Shown here in pieces: positions 1 to 9,040 of a stretch of 34,281 nt of DNA. Positions within the stretch are counted from its first letter, which is position 1. The number at the start of each line of letters is the position of its first letter. A model generated the notes under the pieces. It ran no database searches, was not told the origin of the DNA, and was given only the letters and a program-made list of their open reading frames with translations. The DNA lies in sequence record SRR31156797_1393. One strand, given 5' to 3'. Position numbers and translations under genes: made by a program.

Positions 1-707
1 AAGCCGGGAAAATAAACCTTAATACCGCCGATGAACCCCTTTTGAAAATGATGCTCAATGGTTTTGATATTGAAGAAGAGGAAAAAAGTATTATTGTCGA
101 TTCCATTATGGACTGGCGTGATGAAAACGACCTCCATCGCATGAACGGCGCTGAAAATGATTACTATCAGTCTCTACCCAAACCCTATGACTGCAAAAAC
201 GGTGATTTTGATGCCATAGAGGAGTTGCTGATGGTTCGCGGTGTCACGCCGGAGATTTTTTACGGGGGTCTCAAAAATATGGTGACGGCCTTCAAGGATG
301 ATGGTTCCAAGCGGGGAAAGCTCCGGCGCAGGTCCGGCAAAGGGGACGGGTCCAAAATCTGCATTAATGCCGCCTCCAGGGCCATGCTGCTCTCTTTGCC
401 CCAAATGTCCGATGACCTGGCCCAATCCATCATGGACTTTCGAAAAGATGCGGATTTCAAATCCATGGGAGAAGTTTCCAAACTCCTGGGAGCTGATGTA
501 TATGGGGCCATATCCCGCCATATCACGCTGACTCCCAGCTCATATTATGAGATTGCGTCTTCCGGAAGCATTATGGACAGCAGGACCCGGCAAGGCATTT
601 CGGCCACGGTGGAGATCAATAGAACCATCAAAAATGGGTATCGGGTTGTTCAGTGGAACGACCGTGCGGCATTGCCGGACAATCTGCCCTTGGAATCAAA
701 TAATTGA
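1..707 (+). CDS. gspK: T2SS minor pseudopilin GspK, 5'-truncated by the window edge
   Basis: The frame is open from position 3 (AGKINLNTADEPLL...). It has the GspK-type motifs GKINLN, SIMDWRDEND, GAENDYY...Y.CKNG.FD.IEELLMVRGVT and INAAS. It lies directly upstream of other T2SS genes. Confidence 0.9.
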   Translation, partial: AGKINLNTADEPLLKMMLNGFDIEEEEKSIIVDSIMDWRDENDLHRMNGAENDYYQSLPKPYDCKNGDFDAIEELLMVRGVTPEIFYGGLKNMVTAFKDDGSKRGKLRRRSGKGDGSKICINAASRAMLLSLPQMSDDLAQSIMDFRKDADFKSMGEVSKLLGADVYGAISRHITLTPSSYYEIASSGSIMDSRTRQGISATVEINRTIKNGYRVVQWNDRAALPDNLPLESNN

Positions 708-728
708 GTATTTTCAGGAGAGCCATCC

Positions 729-2099
729 ATGCTTTTTCAGACAAGCCTCGGCGTTGACATACGGGAACATGGAGTGTGCCTGGTTTGTCTGAAAGCCTCC
801 TCCAGGGATGTCAAACTCTTGTCTCATGCTGTTTATCCCTTTGAGGAAGGCATGGGCCATGGGGAAAATGCCGATGTCATTTTGGGATTGATTGAGGGTT
901 TCCTGCAGGAGAACCGAATTTCTCCCACCTCTGTGTTTTTAGGTATTCCGCGCAACATTGCGATCCTGCGTTATCTGGAATTTCCCGTTGCCGTTAAGGA
1001 AAATCTCAGGGAAAGCCTGGGATACGAATTGGAAAAGCACGTCCCTTTCAGCTTGGAAGACGCATACTTTGATTTTCAGGTTCTTTCAGAGGATAAAGCC
1101 GCCGGTCGGTTGCAATTGCTCCTTGTTGTCGTAAAAAAACAGACGCTTTTGCCCCTTCTGGGGCTGGCCAAGCGGCTGGATGTGGGCATTTCAGGCATTG
1201 AAATCAGTTCAACGGCGCTGACAAACTATTTTTTCCGGCGGGACGGAAAAAACGATGGTTTCTCCAAAGCCTTTGTCCATGTGGGTGAGCATGACATTGA
1301 ATTGGGGCTGTTCAAAGACGGCATGCTCCTCTATTCCAGAGCCATACTAAAAAATAAGGACCTCCTTGAAGTCATTCCGGCAAACCTTGAGAGGATGCGC
1401 CGGGATTTTGGAAATGGCCATGAGCCCATTGATACGCTATTTTGTGGCGCGGAAAAAGATGCTCCCTTGTTGGAACGGCTTCACGGAACAGATGGGATAA
1501 ATGTTCAACCGATTAATCTGTCCGGGTCACAACTTCCTTCCACCGGCGTGATGGCTGCCTATGGATTGGCCTTGAGATGTCTTCCCAAGACGACCATAGG
1601 TATTAATTTGCTACCACCTGTATTTCGCAAAAAGCCCAGTAAGTTAAAGTTTTATACCATGTTCGGATTGGCGGTCCTGACCCTTTTGGGAGCGCTTGCC
1701 TGGGGTGGAGGCGTCTTTCTCCAACGACAATGGACTCTGGATCGGCTGGATGAAGAGATCAATAAACTGGGATCACATCTGAAAAAAGTGGAGCGGGTAG
1801 AAACTGAAAAAAAGAGAATCGAGGATCAAATCAGTTACCTGAACACCCTTCGCCGGGGCGGTCCGCCCGTTCTGGATATATTGAGGGAATTGTCTGAAAG
1901 AATCCCCAAGAATGCCTGGGTAAAACGGTTCGATTTCACGAAAAAGGGCATTTGGATAGAGGGGTACGCCATATCGGCCTCCGAACTCATCCGGCTTTTG
2001 GAAGCCTCTCCCATGTTTAGCGGTGTTAAATTCCTCTCGGCCATCCATAAGGGCAATGACGGCATGGAAAGGTTTAAAATCGGACTGAGTTTGAAATGA
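729..2099 (+). CDS. gspL: T2SS GspL-like protein (PilM-like cytoplasmic domain, TM helix, PilN-like periplasmic domain)
   Basis: N-terminal LGVDI and ELEKHVPFSLEDAYFDF (PilM/GspL actin-like domain), then the INLLP motif, one TM helix, a coiled coil and a PilN-type domain (LRELSERIPKNAWV...IEGYA...LEASPMFSGVKF). SD AGGAG precedes the ATG. Confidence 0.8.
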   Translation: MLFQTSLGVDIREHGVCLVCLKASSRDVKLLSHAVYPFEEGMGHGENADVILGLIEGFLQENRISPTSVFLGIPRNIAILRYLEFPVAVKENLRESLGYELEKHVPFSLEDAYFDFQVLSEDKAAGRLQLLLVVVKKQTLLPLLGLAKRLDVGISGIEISSTALTNYFFRRDGKNDGFSKAFVHVGEHDIELGLFKDGMLLYSRAILKNKDLLEVIPANLERMRRDFGNGHEPIDTLFCGAEKDAPLLERLHGTDGINVQPINLSGSQLPSTGVMAAYGLALRCLPKTTIGINLLPPVFRKKPSKLKFYTMFGLAVLTLLGALAWGGGVFLQRQWTLDRLDEEINKLGSHLKKVERVETEKKRIEDQISYLNTLRRGGPPVLDILRELSERIPKNAWVKRFDFTKKGIWIEGYAISASELIRLLEASPMFSGVKFLSAIHKGNDGMERFKIGLSLK

Positions 2100-2677
2100 A
2101 GACAATGGTAAAATTGGACACAAAAAGAAAGTATGTTTTGATGGCCATGGTCTTTCTTTTGATGGCGGGGACCGCCTACAGATTTTGGCCCCAAATAGGG
2201 GATTTTTTTGCTGCGGACGACACGATTGCATTAAAGAAAAAGCAGCTTTTCAAATACCAAAAGATGTTTCAGACCACCGGTGATCTGGAAAAGGAGGTCA
2301 CACTGATTAAGACCACCCTCAAGCAGGCGGAGTCCGGACTGTTAACGGGCAAAACCCCTGCATTGGCTGCTGCGGATATTCAGAAAGTCATCCAGGAGAT
2401 GGCAAAACAAAGCCAAGTGGAGATCAGAAGTGTTCGGGTTTTGAAGCCGGAGGATGTGGGTGGAGCTCTTTATTTGAGCATACCGGTCCAATTTGTAGCC
2501 GCCGGCACCATCAGGCAGTTGAAGGAATTCCTGTATCAGATTATGGCCTCTTCAAAATACTTGACAGTGCAGAAGGTGCGAATTACTGTCAGGCAGGCGA
2601 GATCGCGAAGAAATAAGGGCAAGACTTCGCGAAGCGTTAGTGCCGATATTACCGTCAACGGTTTTTTGAAGAGTTGA
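2096..2677 (+). CDS. gspM: T2SS GspM/PilO-like inner-membrane platform protein
   Basis: ATGA overlap with gspL. N-terminal TM helix, coiled coil, then TPALAAADIQ...LKEFLYQI...YLTVQKVRI, the pattern of the GspM/PilO ferredoxin-like domain. Confidence 0.75.
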   Translation: MKTMVKLDTKRKYVLMAMVFLLMAGTAYRFWPQIGDFFAADDTIALKKKQLFKYQKMFQTTGDLEKEVTLIKTTLKQAESGLLTGKTPALAAADIQKVIQEMAKQSQVEIRSVRVLKPEDVGGALYLSIPVQFVAAGTIRQLKEFLYQIMASSKYLTVQKVRITVRQARSRRNKGKTSRSVSADITVNGFLKS

Positions 2678-2707
2678 AAGACCCCATAAAACAGAAAGGC
2701 TGTCCGG

Positions 2708-3511
2708 ATGTTTTCAAGGATATGGCTTATTAATGCCGTGCTATTGTTTTTTATTGTTTTTTTCAGTCTGAAGGCATACGGGGTTTGGGTTCAAGGAAAC
2801 AAGGGAGATGCACTCTCTCAAATGGGGGGCAAGACCGTTCAAAGCGTTCCCAAACCGGTGGTGGCTCTCTCTGAGAGAAAAATTCCCCCTGAAGCTAAAT
2901 ACGATGCCTTAATGACCTTGAACCTTTTTTCTCCTGAACGGACCGAGATTCTATCAGATACCACAAAACCGGAAGAAACCACAAACACACTGAGTGCTGC
3001 GGAACAAAAACATATAAAACAAAATTTCAGCAGATTTGTCCTTTACGGTTTGGTGATTACCGATAATTCTGCTGAAGCGCTGGTGGCTCATCCCACAACA
3101 ACCCCCATCTCAATTCGAAGAAGAAAACAAATCGGGGACAACCCCAGACGTAAAAGAATAAAACAGACGGTCAAACAGACCAAATGGGTGAAAGCAGGTG
3201 AGACCCTGGGTGATTTTAAAGTCGTGGCCGTTAAACCGGACAGGGTTCTCCTGGAAGCCGGCGGCCTATCCTATGAGCTGCTTTTATATGACAAAGGAAA
3301 CATCAAAAGCCGTGCCCCTGCCAAGCCCAAAACCGCTCCCACCGTTGTGGGAGTGCCCCTGAAACCGGTTGCGAATGTAAAAGTGGAAAAAACAACCCCG
3401 CCTTTTCCGGTGAAAAAGGGAACCGCGGCAAGAGCGCTGTCCGGTGCCGCTCCTCCGGCGATTCGAAAAGATCTTAAAACAGATATTAAGAGCCAAAAAC
3501 AAGGTAAGTGA
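2708..3511 (+). CDS. GspC-like T2SS protein (TM helix and HR-like domain, no PDZ domain, Pro/Lys/Ala-rich tail)
   Basis: N-terminal TM helix, then NLFSPER, LYGLVIT...AL and WVKAGETLGDFKVVAVKPDRVLL, resembling the GspC/PilP HR domain. Its stop abuts the gspD ATG. Confidence 0.65.
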   Translation: MFSRIWLINAVLLFFIVFFSLKAYGVWVQGNKGDALSQMGGKTVQSVPKPVVALSERKIPPEAKYDALMTLNLFSPERTEILSDTTKPEETTNTLSAAEQKHIKQNFSRFVLYGLVITDNSAEALVAHPTTTPISIRRRKQIGDNPRRKRIKQTVKQTKWVKAGETLGDFKVVAVKPDRVLLEAGGLSYELLLYDKGNIKSRAPAKPKTAPTVVGVPLKPVANVKVEKTTPPFPVKKGTAARALSGAAPPAIRKDLKTDIKSQKQGK

Positions 3512-5761
3512 ATGGGAAAATGTTGGGTGAAGAGAGTCCTTTATTTGGGTATGGTAATGATCGTTGCGGTTTTTTTTGCCGGTTGTGCAGGTAAAGAGGC
3601 CGTGGACAGCCGGGAAAGCGGAAGAAATAGTGCACCCTCCGATGCGGAGATTCTTGCGGATGCTGAACAAAAATACCGAAAATCACAGGCGCGTACTGAA
3701 GAATCGGCTGAAATCCAGGATGAAGCGGCAGGAATCGCTTCGGCAAAAAATGGGCACACAAGAAGGGTTTCCTCCCCGGGTAAATACGCCTCCCCCGCAA
3801 GTCTGTTTAATAAACGGAATGCTGCAAGAAGAAGGCTTGCCATGTCATCTTCACTTTCCCATAAGGCGGCTGGAGCCGAGGAGGAAGGTCAGATTATCTT
3901 CAACTTTGATGATGCGGACCTTTATGAAGTCATCAAAACCATGGCGGAACTGCTCGAAATCAATTATATTGTTGATCCGGGCATTCAGGGAAAAGTGACC
4001 ATTCACACCGCCCGTAAACTTAAGAAAGCCGACCTTTTCCCCGTGTTTTCCGAAATCCTGGCGGTAAACGGTTTGACCGCCATGAAAGAAGGCAAACTTT
4101 ACAAGATTGTCCCCATGAAAGATGCCCCTCGAATGCCCATGGACGCTCTCTTTACGCTGGGTCAGAAAGATGTTCCTCCCTCCAACCGGGTCATTATCCA
4201 GATTATCCCCCTAAGGTATATTTCCACCCAGGAGATGACCAAACTGGTGACCCCCTTTCTCTCTTCGGGCGGAACCCTGGTGGCCAGCGTCCCCACCAAT
4301 ACCCTGGTGGTGGTGGATAAAGGATCCAATATTTTAAAGATTCTTCAGCTGGTGGGAACCTTTGATGTGAATATGATGGATCGGGTGTACTATCGATTTT
4401 ACCCCTTGGAGTATCTGGATGCAAAGGAAGTTGCTGCCATTGTCAAAGAATTTACCGCTTCCTATGCCGGGAGTTCCGGAGAGATGGTGAAATTTATTGC
4501 CCTGGAAAGGCTGAATACGCTCTTGGCGGTCAGCACAACCCCTGAGGTTTTTGATAAAATTGAAGAGTTGGTCCATCAAATCGACATTGTGGATGAAACG
4601 GTTGCCGCCAGAATTTTTATCTATTTTGTGAAAAACGGCGGGGCTAATGAACTGGCGACCCTGTTAAACGACGTTTTGACCGGCAAAGAGACCAAAAAAC
4701 AGGAAAAGAAAGAAGCCGGCGGGGCATCCAGCGTTCCTGGAAATCCCTTTTCCAAGGCCAAAATGGCGGAGAAGAAGGCTGAAAAGGCGGCGGCCAAAGC
4801 CGGGCAATCCACCAAGAAAAGTACGGCGGCCAAAAAGACTTCCGGCACGCCCGGTGAGGGTTCCAGTACCCTCATGGGAGATGTGACCATAACCCCTGAC
4901 GAGATTCGAAACGCCCTCATTATCGAATCGACGCCTTCCGATTACAAAATCATTGAAGGGATACTGAAAAAAATCGACATCATGCCGCGGCAGGTGCTGA
5001 TCGAGGCCACCATCGCTGAAATAAAGCTGGATTCCTCCACCAGATTCGGGGTGGAGTACGCTCTGGGCCAGGGCGCGGGCTCAACGGGCGCCGGTTTCAT
5101 GGCTACCCTGGGGAGTTCAGGGCTCAAGTATTCCATCGGCGTCACCAACAAATGGTATGCGGAGTTGAACGCCCTGGCAAGCAAGGGTCGGCTGAATGTT
5201 ATTTCATCCCCCCATGTACTGGCCAGCGACAATCAGGAGGCAAAAATTGACGTATCCCAGGAGATTCCCCTGGCAAGCGGTACAACCAACGTATCCAGCG
5301 GGTCTACCATCAGTGAGACCACCATCGAATACCGGGACACGGGCGTGATCCTTTCGGTTACGCCCCACATCAACGAAAGGGGCCTGGTGACCATGGATAT
5401 CAGCGAGGAGGTGAGCAATTACGACGGCAATATTACTGTGGGAAAAGTGGGTAACGAATACCCCACCTTTTCCAAGCGGGTGGTCAAAACCACCCTCACC
5501 GTGGGGCACGGCCAGACCATTGCCATCGGCGGGTTGATCCGGGACCGGGAAAAGGAAGAAACCCGGGGGATCCCCTGTCTCATCGATATTCCGGTGGTTA
5601 AATATCTGACCGGCAATTGGTCCAAAGAAACGGAAAAAATTGAACTGATCGTCCTGATCACCCCCCGGGTGGTGGACGACATGGACGATGTGGAAGCGGT
5701 GACCAATGAGTTCAAGCAAAAAGTGCAGAGCGTGATGAAGCAGTTTTATCCGAATCCATAG
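3512..5761 (+). CDS. gspD: T2SS secretin GspD with a lipoprotein signal peptide
   Basis: N0 domain (FNFDDADL...NYIVDPGIQGKVTI), N1-N3 domains and secretin core (IDIMPRQVLIEATIAE, SPHVLASDNQEA, YRDTGVILSVTPHIN, GQTIAIGGLI, ELIVLITPRVV). Lipobox FAGC with Cys25 at 3584. Confidence 0.95.
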   Translation: MGKCWVKRVLYLGMVMIVAVFFAGCAGKEAVDSRESGRNSAPSDAEILADAEQKYRKSQARTEESAEIQDEAAGIASAKNGHTRRVSSPGKYASPASLFNKRNAARRRLAMSSSLSHKAAGAEEEGQIIFNFDDADLYEVIKTMAELLEINYIVDPGIQGKVTIHTARKLKKADLFPVFSEILAVNGLTAMKEGKLYKIVPMKDAPRMPMDALFTLGQKDVPPSNRVIIQIIPLRYISTQEMTKLVTPFLSSGGTLVASVPTNTLVVVDKGSNILKILQLVGTFDVNMMDRVYYRFYPLEYLDAKEVAAIVKEFTASYAGSSGEMVKFIALERLNTLLAVSTTPEVFDKIEELVHQIDIVDETVAARIFIYFVKNGGANELATLLNDVLTGKETKKQEKKEAGGASSVPGNPFSKAKMAEKKAEKAAAKAGQSTKKSTAAKKTSGTPGEGSSTLMGDVTITPDEIRNALIIESTPSDYKIIEGILKKIDIMPRQVLIEATIAEIKLDSSTRFGVEYALGQGAGSTGAGFMATLGSSGLKYSIGVTNKWYAELNALASKGRLNVISSPHVLASDNQEAKIDVSQEIPLASGTTNVSSGSTISETTIEYRDTGVILSVTPHINERGLVTMDISEEVSNYDGNITVGKVGNEYPTFSKRVVKTTLTVGHGQTIAIGGLIRDREKEETRGIPCLIDIPVVKYLTGNWSKETEKIELIVLITPRVVDDMDDVEAVTNEFKQKVQSVMKQFYPNP

Positions 5762-5831
5762 ATCCCCTTGAAAAATGCCGATGCGGCAACGGGTTGAATA
5801 CCTCCCCTCCCGTTTTCAGAAATCATGATAC

Positions 5832-6641
5832 ATGAATATTCTCTTGATCCTTAAACGCTGGATTGAAATTCCCATTCACTACAAAACCCTTTTCTGGGGA
5901 TTTGTGCGAAATGAAATCAAAGGACGTTTTGCCGGATCCATCGGAGGATTTCTGTGGAGCCTGGTGACGCCTCTGGCCAATCTGCTCATCTATATTTTTG
6001 TGTTTTCAGTGGTCTTGAAGGTCCGACTAAAGCCCATGGAGACGGGCACCGACAGTTTCGCCGTGTACTTCCTGACCGGGCTTCTCCCGTGGACCGCCTT
6101 TTCAGAGGCCCTGAGCAACGCCACCGATGCTTTGCTGGGCCGGGCCAACCTCATCACAAAGGTGGCGTTCCCTCTGGAAATTCTTCCCATGTCGGGAGTG
6201 ATTGTCCCTTTCTGTTTAAACGGCTTGGGTTTTGTGATGTTTCTGGTTTATTTGATTTTCAAAGGGTATTTTCATATGGCCTGGATATGGCTCCCCCTGG
6301 TGGTGGCCGCCCATATGGTCTTTACATTGGGCATGGTATGCCTGATTTCCAGTCTGTCCGTTTTTTTACGGGATATTAAACAATTTATCGGAACCGCCCT
6401 ATCATTGTGGTTTTTTCTGACACCCATCATCTACCCCTTGTCCATGGTGCCGGAAAAACTACAGTGGTTCATCAAAATAAATCCCATGTATCCCTTTATT
6501 GAGTTGTATCATCAAGTGCTGCTGCATCATTTTATTTCCTTTACAATGCTGGCCCATGCCCTGGGCTTGATGCTCTTGTGCTTTGTGGGCAGCATCATTT
6601 TCTTTGAACGCTCAAAATACGCTTTTGCGGATGTTTTGTAA
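5832..6641 (+). CDS. wzm: Polysaccharide ABC transporter permease (Wzm, ABC-2 type)
   Basis: EIKGRFAGSIGGFLWSLVTP, NLITKVAFP, FLRDIKQ, FFLTPIIYP and NPM motifs, with about 6 TM helices. Adjacent to the ATPase gene. Confidence 0.92.
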   Translation: MNILLILKRWIEIPIHYKTLFWGFVRNEIKGRFAGSIGGFLWSLVTPLANLLIYIFVFSVVLKVRLKPMETGTDSFAVYFLTGLLPWTAFSEALSNATDALLGRANLITKVAFPLEILPMSGVIVPFCLNGLGFVMFLVYLIFKGYFHMAWIWLPLVVAAHMVFTLGMVCLISSLSVFLRDIKQFIGTALSLWFFLTPIIYPLSMVPEKLQWFIKINPMYPFIELYHQVLLHHFISFTMLAHALGLMLLCFVGSIIFFERSKYAFADVL

Positions 6642-6674
6642 TGTGTGGTGCACAATATTTGGGGAGAAGCCGAT

Positions 6675-7856
6675 TTGAACGCCATTGAGGCGCATAATCT
6701 GACCAAAAATTACCAGGTCTATCTAAAGCCCTTTGACCGTCTCAAGGAAGCGGTTTTTCGAAAGCCGTGCCATGACCTGGTGGAAGCGCTGTCGGATGTC
6801 TCTTTTGAAGTCCCCGAGGGCGGGACCCTGGGGATCATAGGGGAGAATGGTGCCGGAAAATCCACCCTCCTGAAAATACTGGCCGGTACCGCCCGGCCCA
6901 CCTTCGGTCATATGGTCAAACATGGCCGACTGGCGGCCCTTCTGGAACTGGGGTCGGGATTTCATCCCGAGTTCAGCGGCCGGCAGAACATCTATCTGAA
7001 TGCTGCGCTTTTGGGACTTAAGGAAAAAGAAATCCGGGACCGTGAACAGGCCATTATTGCATTCTCCGAGTTGGAAAATGCCATCGACCGGCCTGTCAAA
7101 ACCTATTCTTCGGGAATGTATGTGCGTCTGGCATTTTCCATTGCGACCAGTGTGGATCCGCAAATCCTGATCATTGATGAGGCCTTAAGCGTCGGGGATC
7201 AGCGGTTTCAGCAGAAATGCGTGGATCGCATGATGAATTTCAGAAAGGCCAACAAGACGCTTATTATCTGTACCCACAGCATGTATATGATCAACGAATT
7301 GTGTTCCAATACCCTGTGGTTGAAAAACGGGCGTCCATGGGACTATGGAAAAACATCGTCAGTGGTTTCGTCCTATCTGGCCCATCTGGAAAAAGATGTG
7401 CGCGCTCCCGTTGATACCCAACAACCGTCGCCGGCTGCATCGCAAATGCCCGAAATCCTGATTGAAAAGGTGCAGATTCTGGATGAGGAAAAAAACCCCG
7501 TGGTGCATATCCACCAATTTCAGACCGTTATTGTTCAGGTGAAGACCCGGAGGGTCGGTGAACCGATCATGGGACATTTGGCCATCGGATTCGGGTTTTC
7601 AGATGACGAACAGGTCTTTGAAACCACCACTAAAATATCCGGCCTGGATCCCGTTGTTTTTTCCGGTGAACAGGTCATTGAACTGAATATTCCATCCATC
7701 CCCGTTCTGGGGGATGATTACCTGGTAAGGGTAAGGGTCGGCGATGAACATGCCATGCGGGAGATTCATAGAATGACGTATGGCCCTTTTCCCATCGAAA
7801 GTGACCATCCTGAAATCGGAATGATGTGGATGCCCCATTCCTGGAAAATTTCCTAA
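6675..7856 (+). CDS. wzt: Polysaccharide ABC transporter ATPase (Wzt) with a C-terminal Wzt_C-like domain
   Basis: Walker A GENGAGKST, LELGSGFHPEFSGRQN, signature YSSGM, Walker B ILIIDE, and a C-terminal beta-rich extension of about 140 aa. Start placed at the in-frame TTG 6675 behind GGAG; the ORF track starts at 6645. Confidence 0.92.
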   Translation: MNAIEAHNLTKNYQVYLKPFDRLKEAVFRKPCHDLVEALSDVSFEVPEGGTLGIIGENGAGKSTLLKILAGTARPTFGHMVKHGRLAALLELGSGFHPEFSGRQNIYLNAALLGLKEKEIRDREQAIIAFSELENAIDRPVKTYSSGMYVRLAFSIATSVDPQILIIDEALSVGDQRFQQKCVDRMMNFRKANKTLIICTHSMYMINELCSNTLWLKNGRPWDYGKTSSVVSSYLAHLEKDVRAPVDTQQPSPAASQMPEILIEKVQILDEEKNPVVHIHQFQTVIVQVKTRRVGEPIMGHLAIGFGFSDDEQVFETTTKISGLDPVVFSGEQVIELNIPSIPVLGDDYLVRVRVGDEHAMREIHRMTYGPFPIESDHPEIGMMWMPHSWKIS

Positions 7857-7882
7857 AGCAGGGGAAAAAGGGTGTTTCCGGT

Positions 7883-8989
7883 TTGAGAACCCTCGCAATC
7901 ATTGTTAACTATAAAAGTTTTACCCTGACCATCCAGGCGGTGAAATCGGTTTTGGAATCCGAATCTTTTGGGCCGGTCACCGTCGTGGTGGTGGACAACA
8001 GCAGTGATCCGGAAGAGAGCCGCAGGCTCCGGACAATGCTCCCGTCATCGGTGATTCTGCGGGTAAATGCTCATAATATGGGGTTTGGGGTTGCGTGCAA
8101 CCAGGCCTTTGAGGAATTTGATGGCGACGGAATTCTCCTGATTAATCCGGATGCTCGATTGCGGCCCGGCTGCCTGAAGCAACTACAGCAAACCCTGTTT
8201 TCCAGCCGGAATGTTGCGGCTGTTTCCCCGCAGCTTTTCTGGGATGATGATAAAATTTTCTATCTGCCGCCCCCTTATCCCACCGCTCTTTTTGAATTTC
8301 GGACCCTTCTGGCAACCTGGGGCCCGGAGGCCCGGATTAACCGGCTCCTCAGTTTTTTGTGGCGGAGACGCTCCATGAAATTATGGTGTTCCAAAAAGCC
8401 GTTGGAAGTGAGCAATCTCTCAGGCGGCCTGGTGCTTCTGGACCGGGCGGCCGTTCAAAAAGCGGGAGGACTCTTTGATCCCCGTTTTTTTCTCTATTTT
8501 GAAGATACGGATCTTTTTCTGCGGCTGAGAAATATCGGCTTGCGGCTTTTGATCGAACCACGGGCCAGTGCCATTCATTACTATGACCAATGCGGCCGGG
8601 GCCAATGGCAGGAAAAAAGAAGGCTTATGGCAAAATCCCATGCCCTTTTCGTGGAAAAACATAAGAAAGTCTCCAAGACATGGCTAAAAATGCTTCTTGA
8701 GCGTTTATCCCGCCCTGCCATGGGCCGGAAATTGGGTTCACCTGTTTTTCAAAAACCCTTTTCCTTGAAAGTGCCACCCCGTTTTCAAAAACAATGGCTT
8801 TTTGAATGGAGTCCCAACCCTGATTTGATCCCATCCGCCGCTCGATTCGGCGCCGGCCCGGAGATGCACTTCTCCCAAAACTTCTGGAAATTGCTTTCAC
8901 CGGGGCAATACTTCGGACGTCTGGGCGGTACAAAACGGTTTGGAATCCCTTTTCAACAGGTGTCCTGGATCGTTCAGGAGAATAGATGA
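7883..8989 (+). CDS. GT2 family glycosyltransferase (rhamnosyltransferase-like) with a C-terminal extension
   Basis: AIIVNYKS, VVVVDNSS, NMGFGVACNQ, LLINPD and GLFDPRFFLYFEDTD motifs. The probable start is TTG 7883; the ORF track starts at 7826, inside wzt. Confidence 0.85.
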   Translation: MRTLAIIVNYKSFTLTIQAVKSVLESESFGPVTVVVVDNSSDPEESRRLRTMLPSSVILRVNAHNMGFGVACNQAFEEFDGDGILLINPDARLRPGCLKQLQQTLFSSRNVAAVSPQLFWDDDKIFYLPPPYPTALFEFRTLLATWGPEARINRLLSFLWRRRSMKLWCSKKPLEVSNLSGGLVLLDRAAVQKAGGLFDPRFFLYFEDTDLFLRLRNIGLRLLIEPRASAIHYYDQCGRGQWQEKRRLMAKSHALFVEKHKKVSKTWLKMLLERLSRPAMGRKLGSPVFQKPFSLKVPPRFQKQWLFEWSPNPDLIPSAARFGAGPEMHFSQNFWKLLSPGQYFGRLGGTKRFGIPFQQVSWIVQENR

Positions 8990-9040
8990 GCGCCATGGCA
9001 ACAGCCCCCGTGTCTTTGAATCACAGCAGGGGATTCCCAC

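Noticed and set aside
729-5761. Type IV pilus pilMNOPQ operon
   Set aside because: The upstream gspK, the fused GspL architecture and a secretin with N0-N3 domains and no AMIN domains indicate a T2SS.
5776-5788. Hairpin TGCCG-ATG-CGGCA after gspD as a terminator
   Set aside because: The stem is only 5 bp and there is no U-tract, so read-through into wzm is more plausible.
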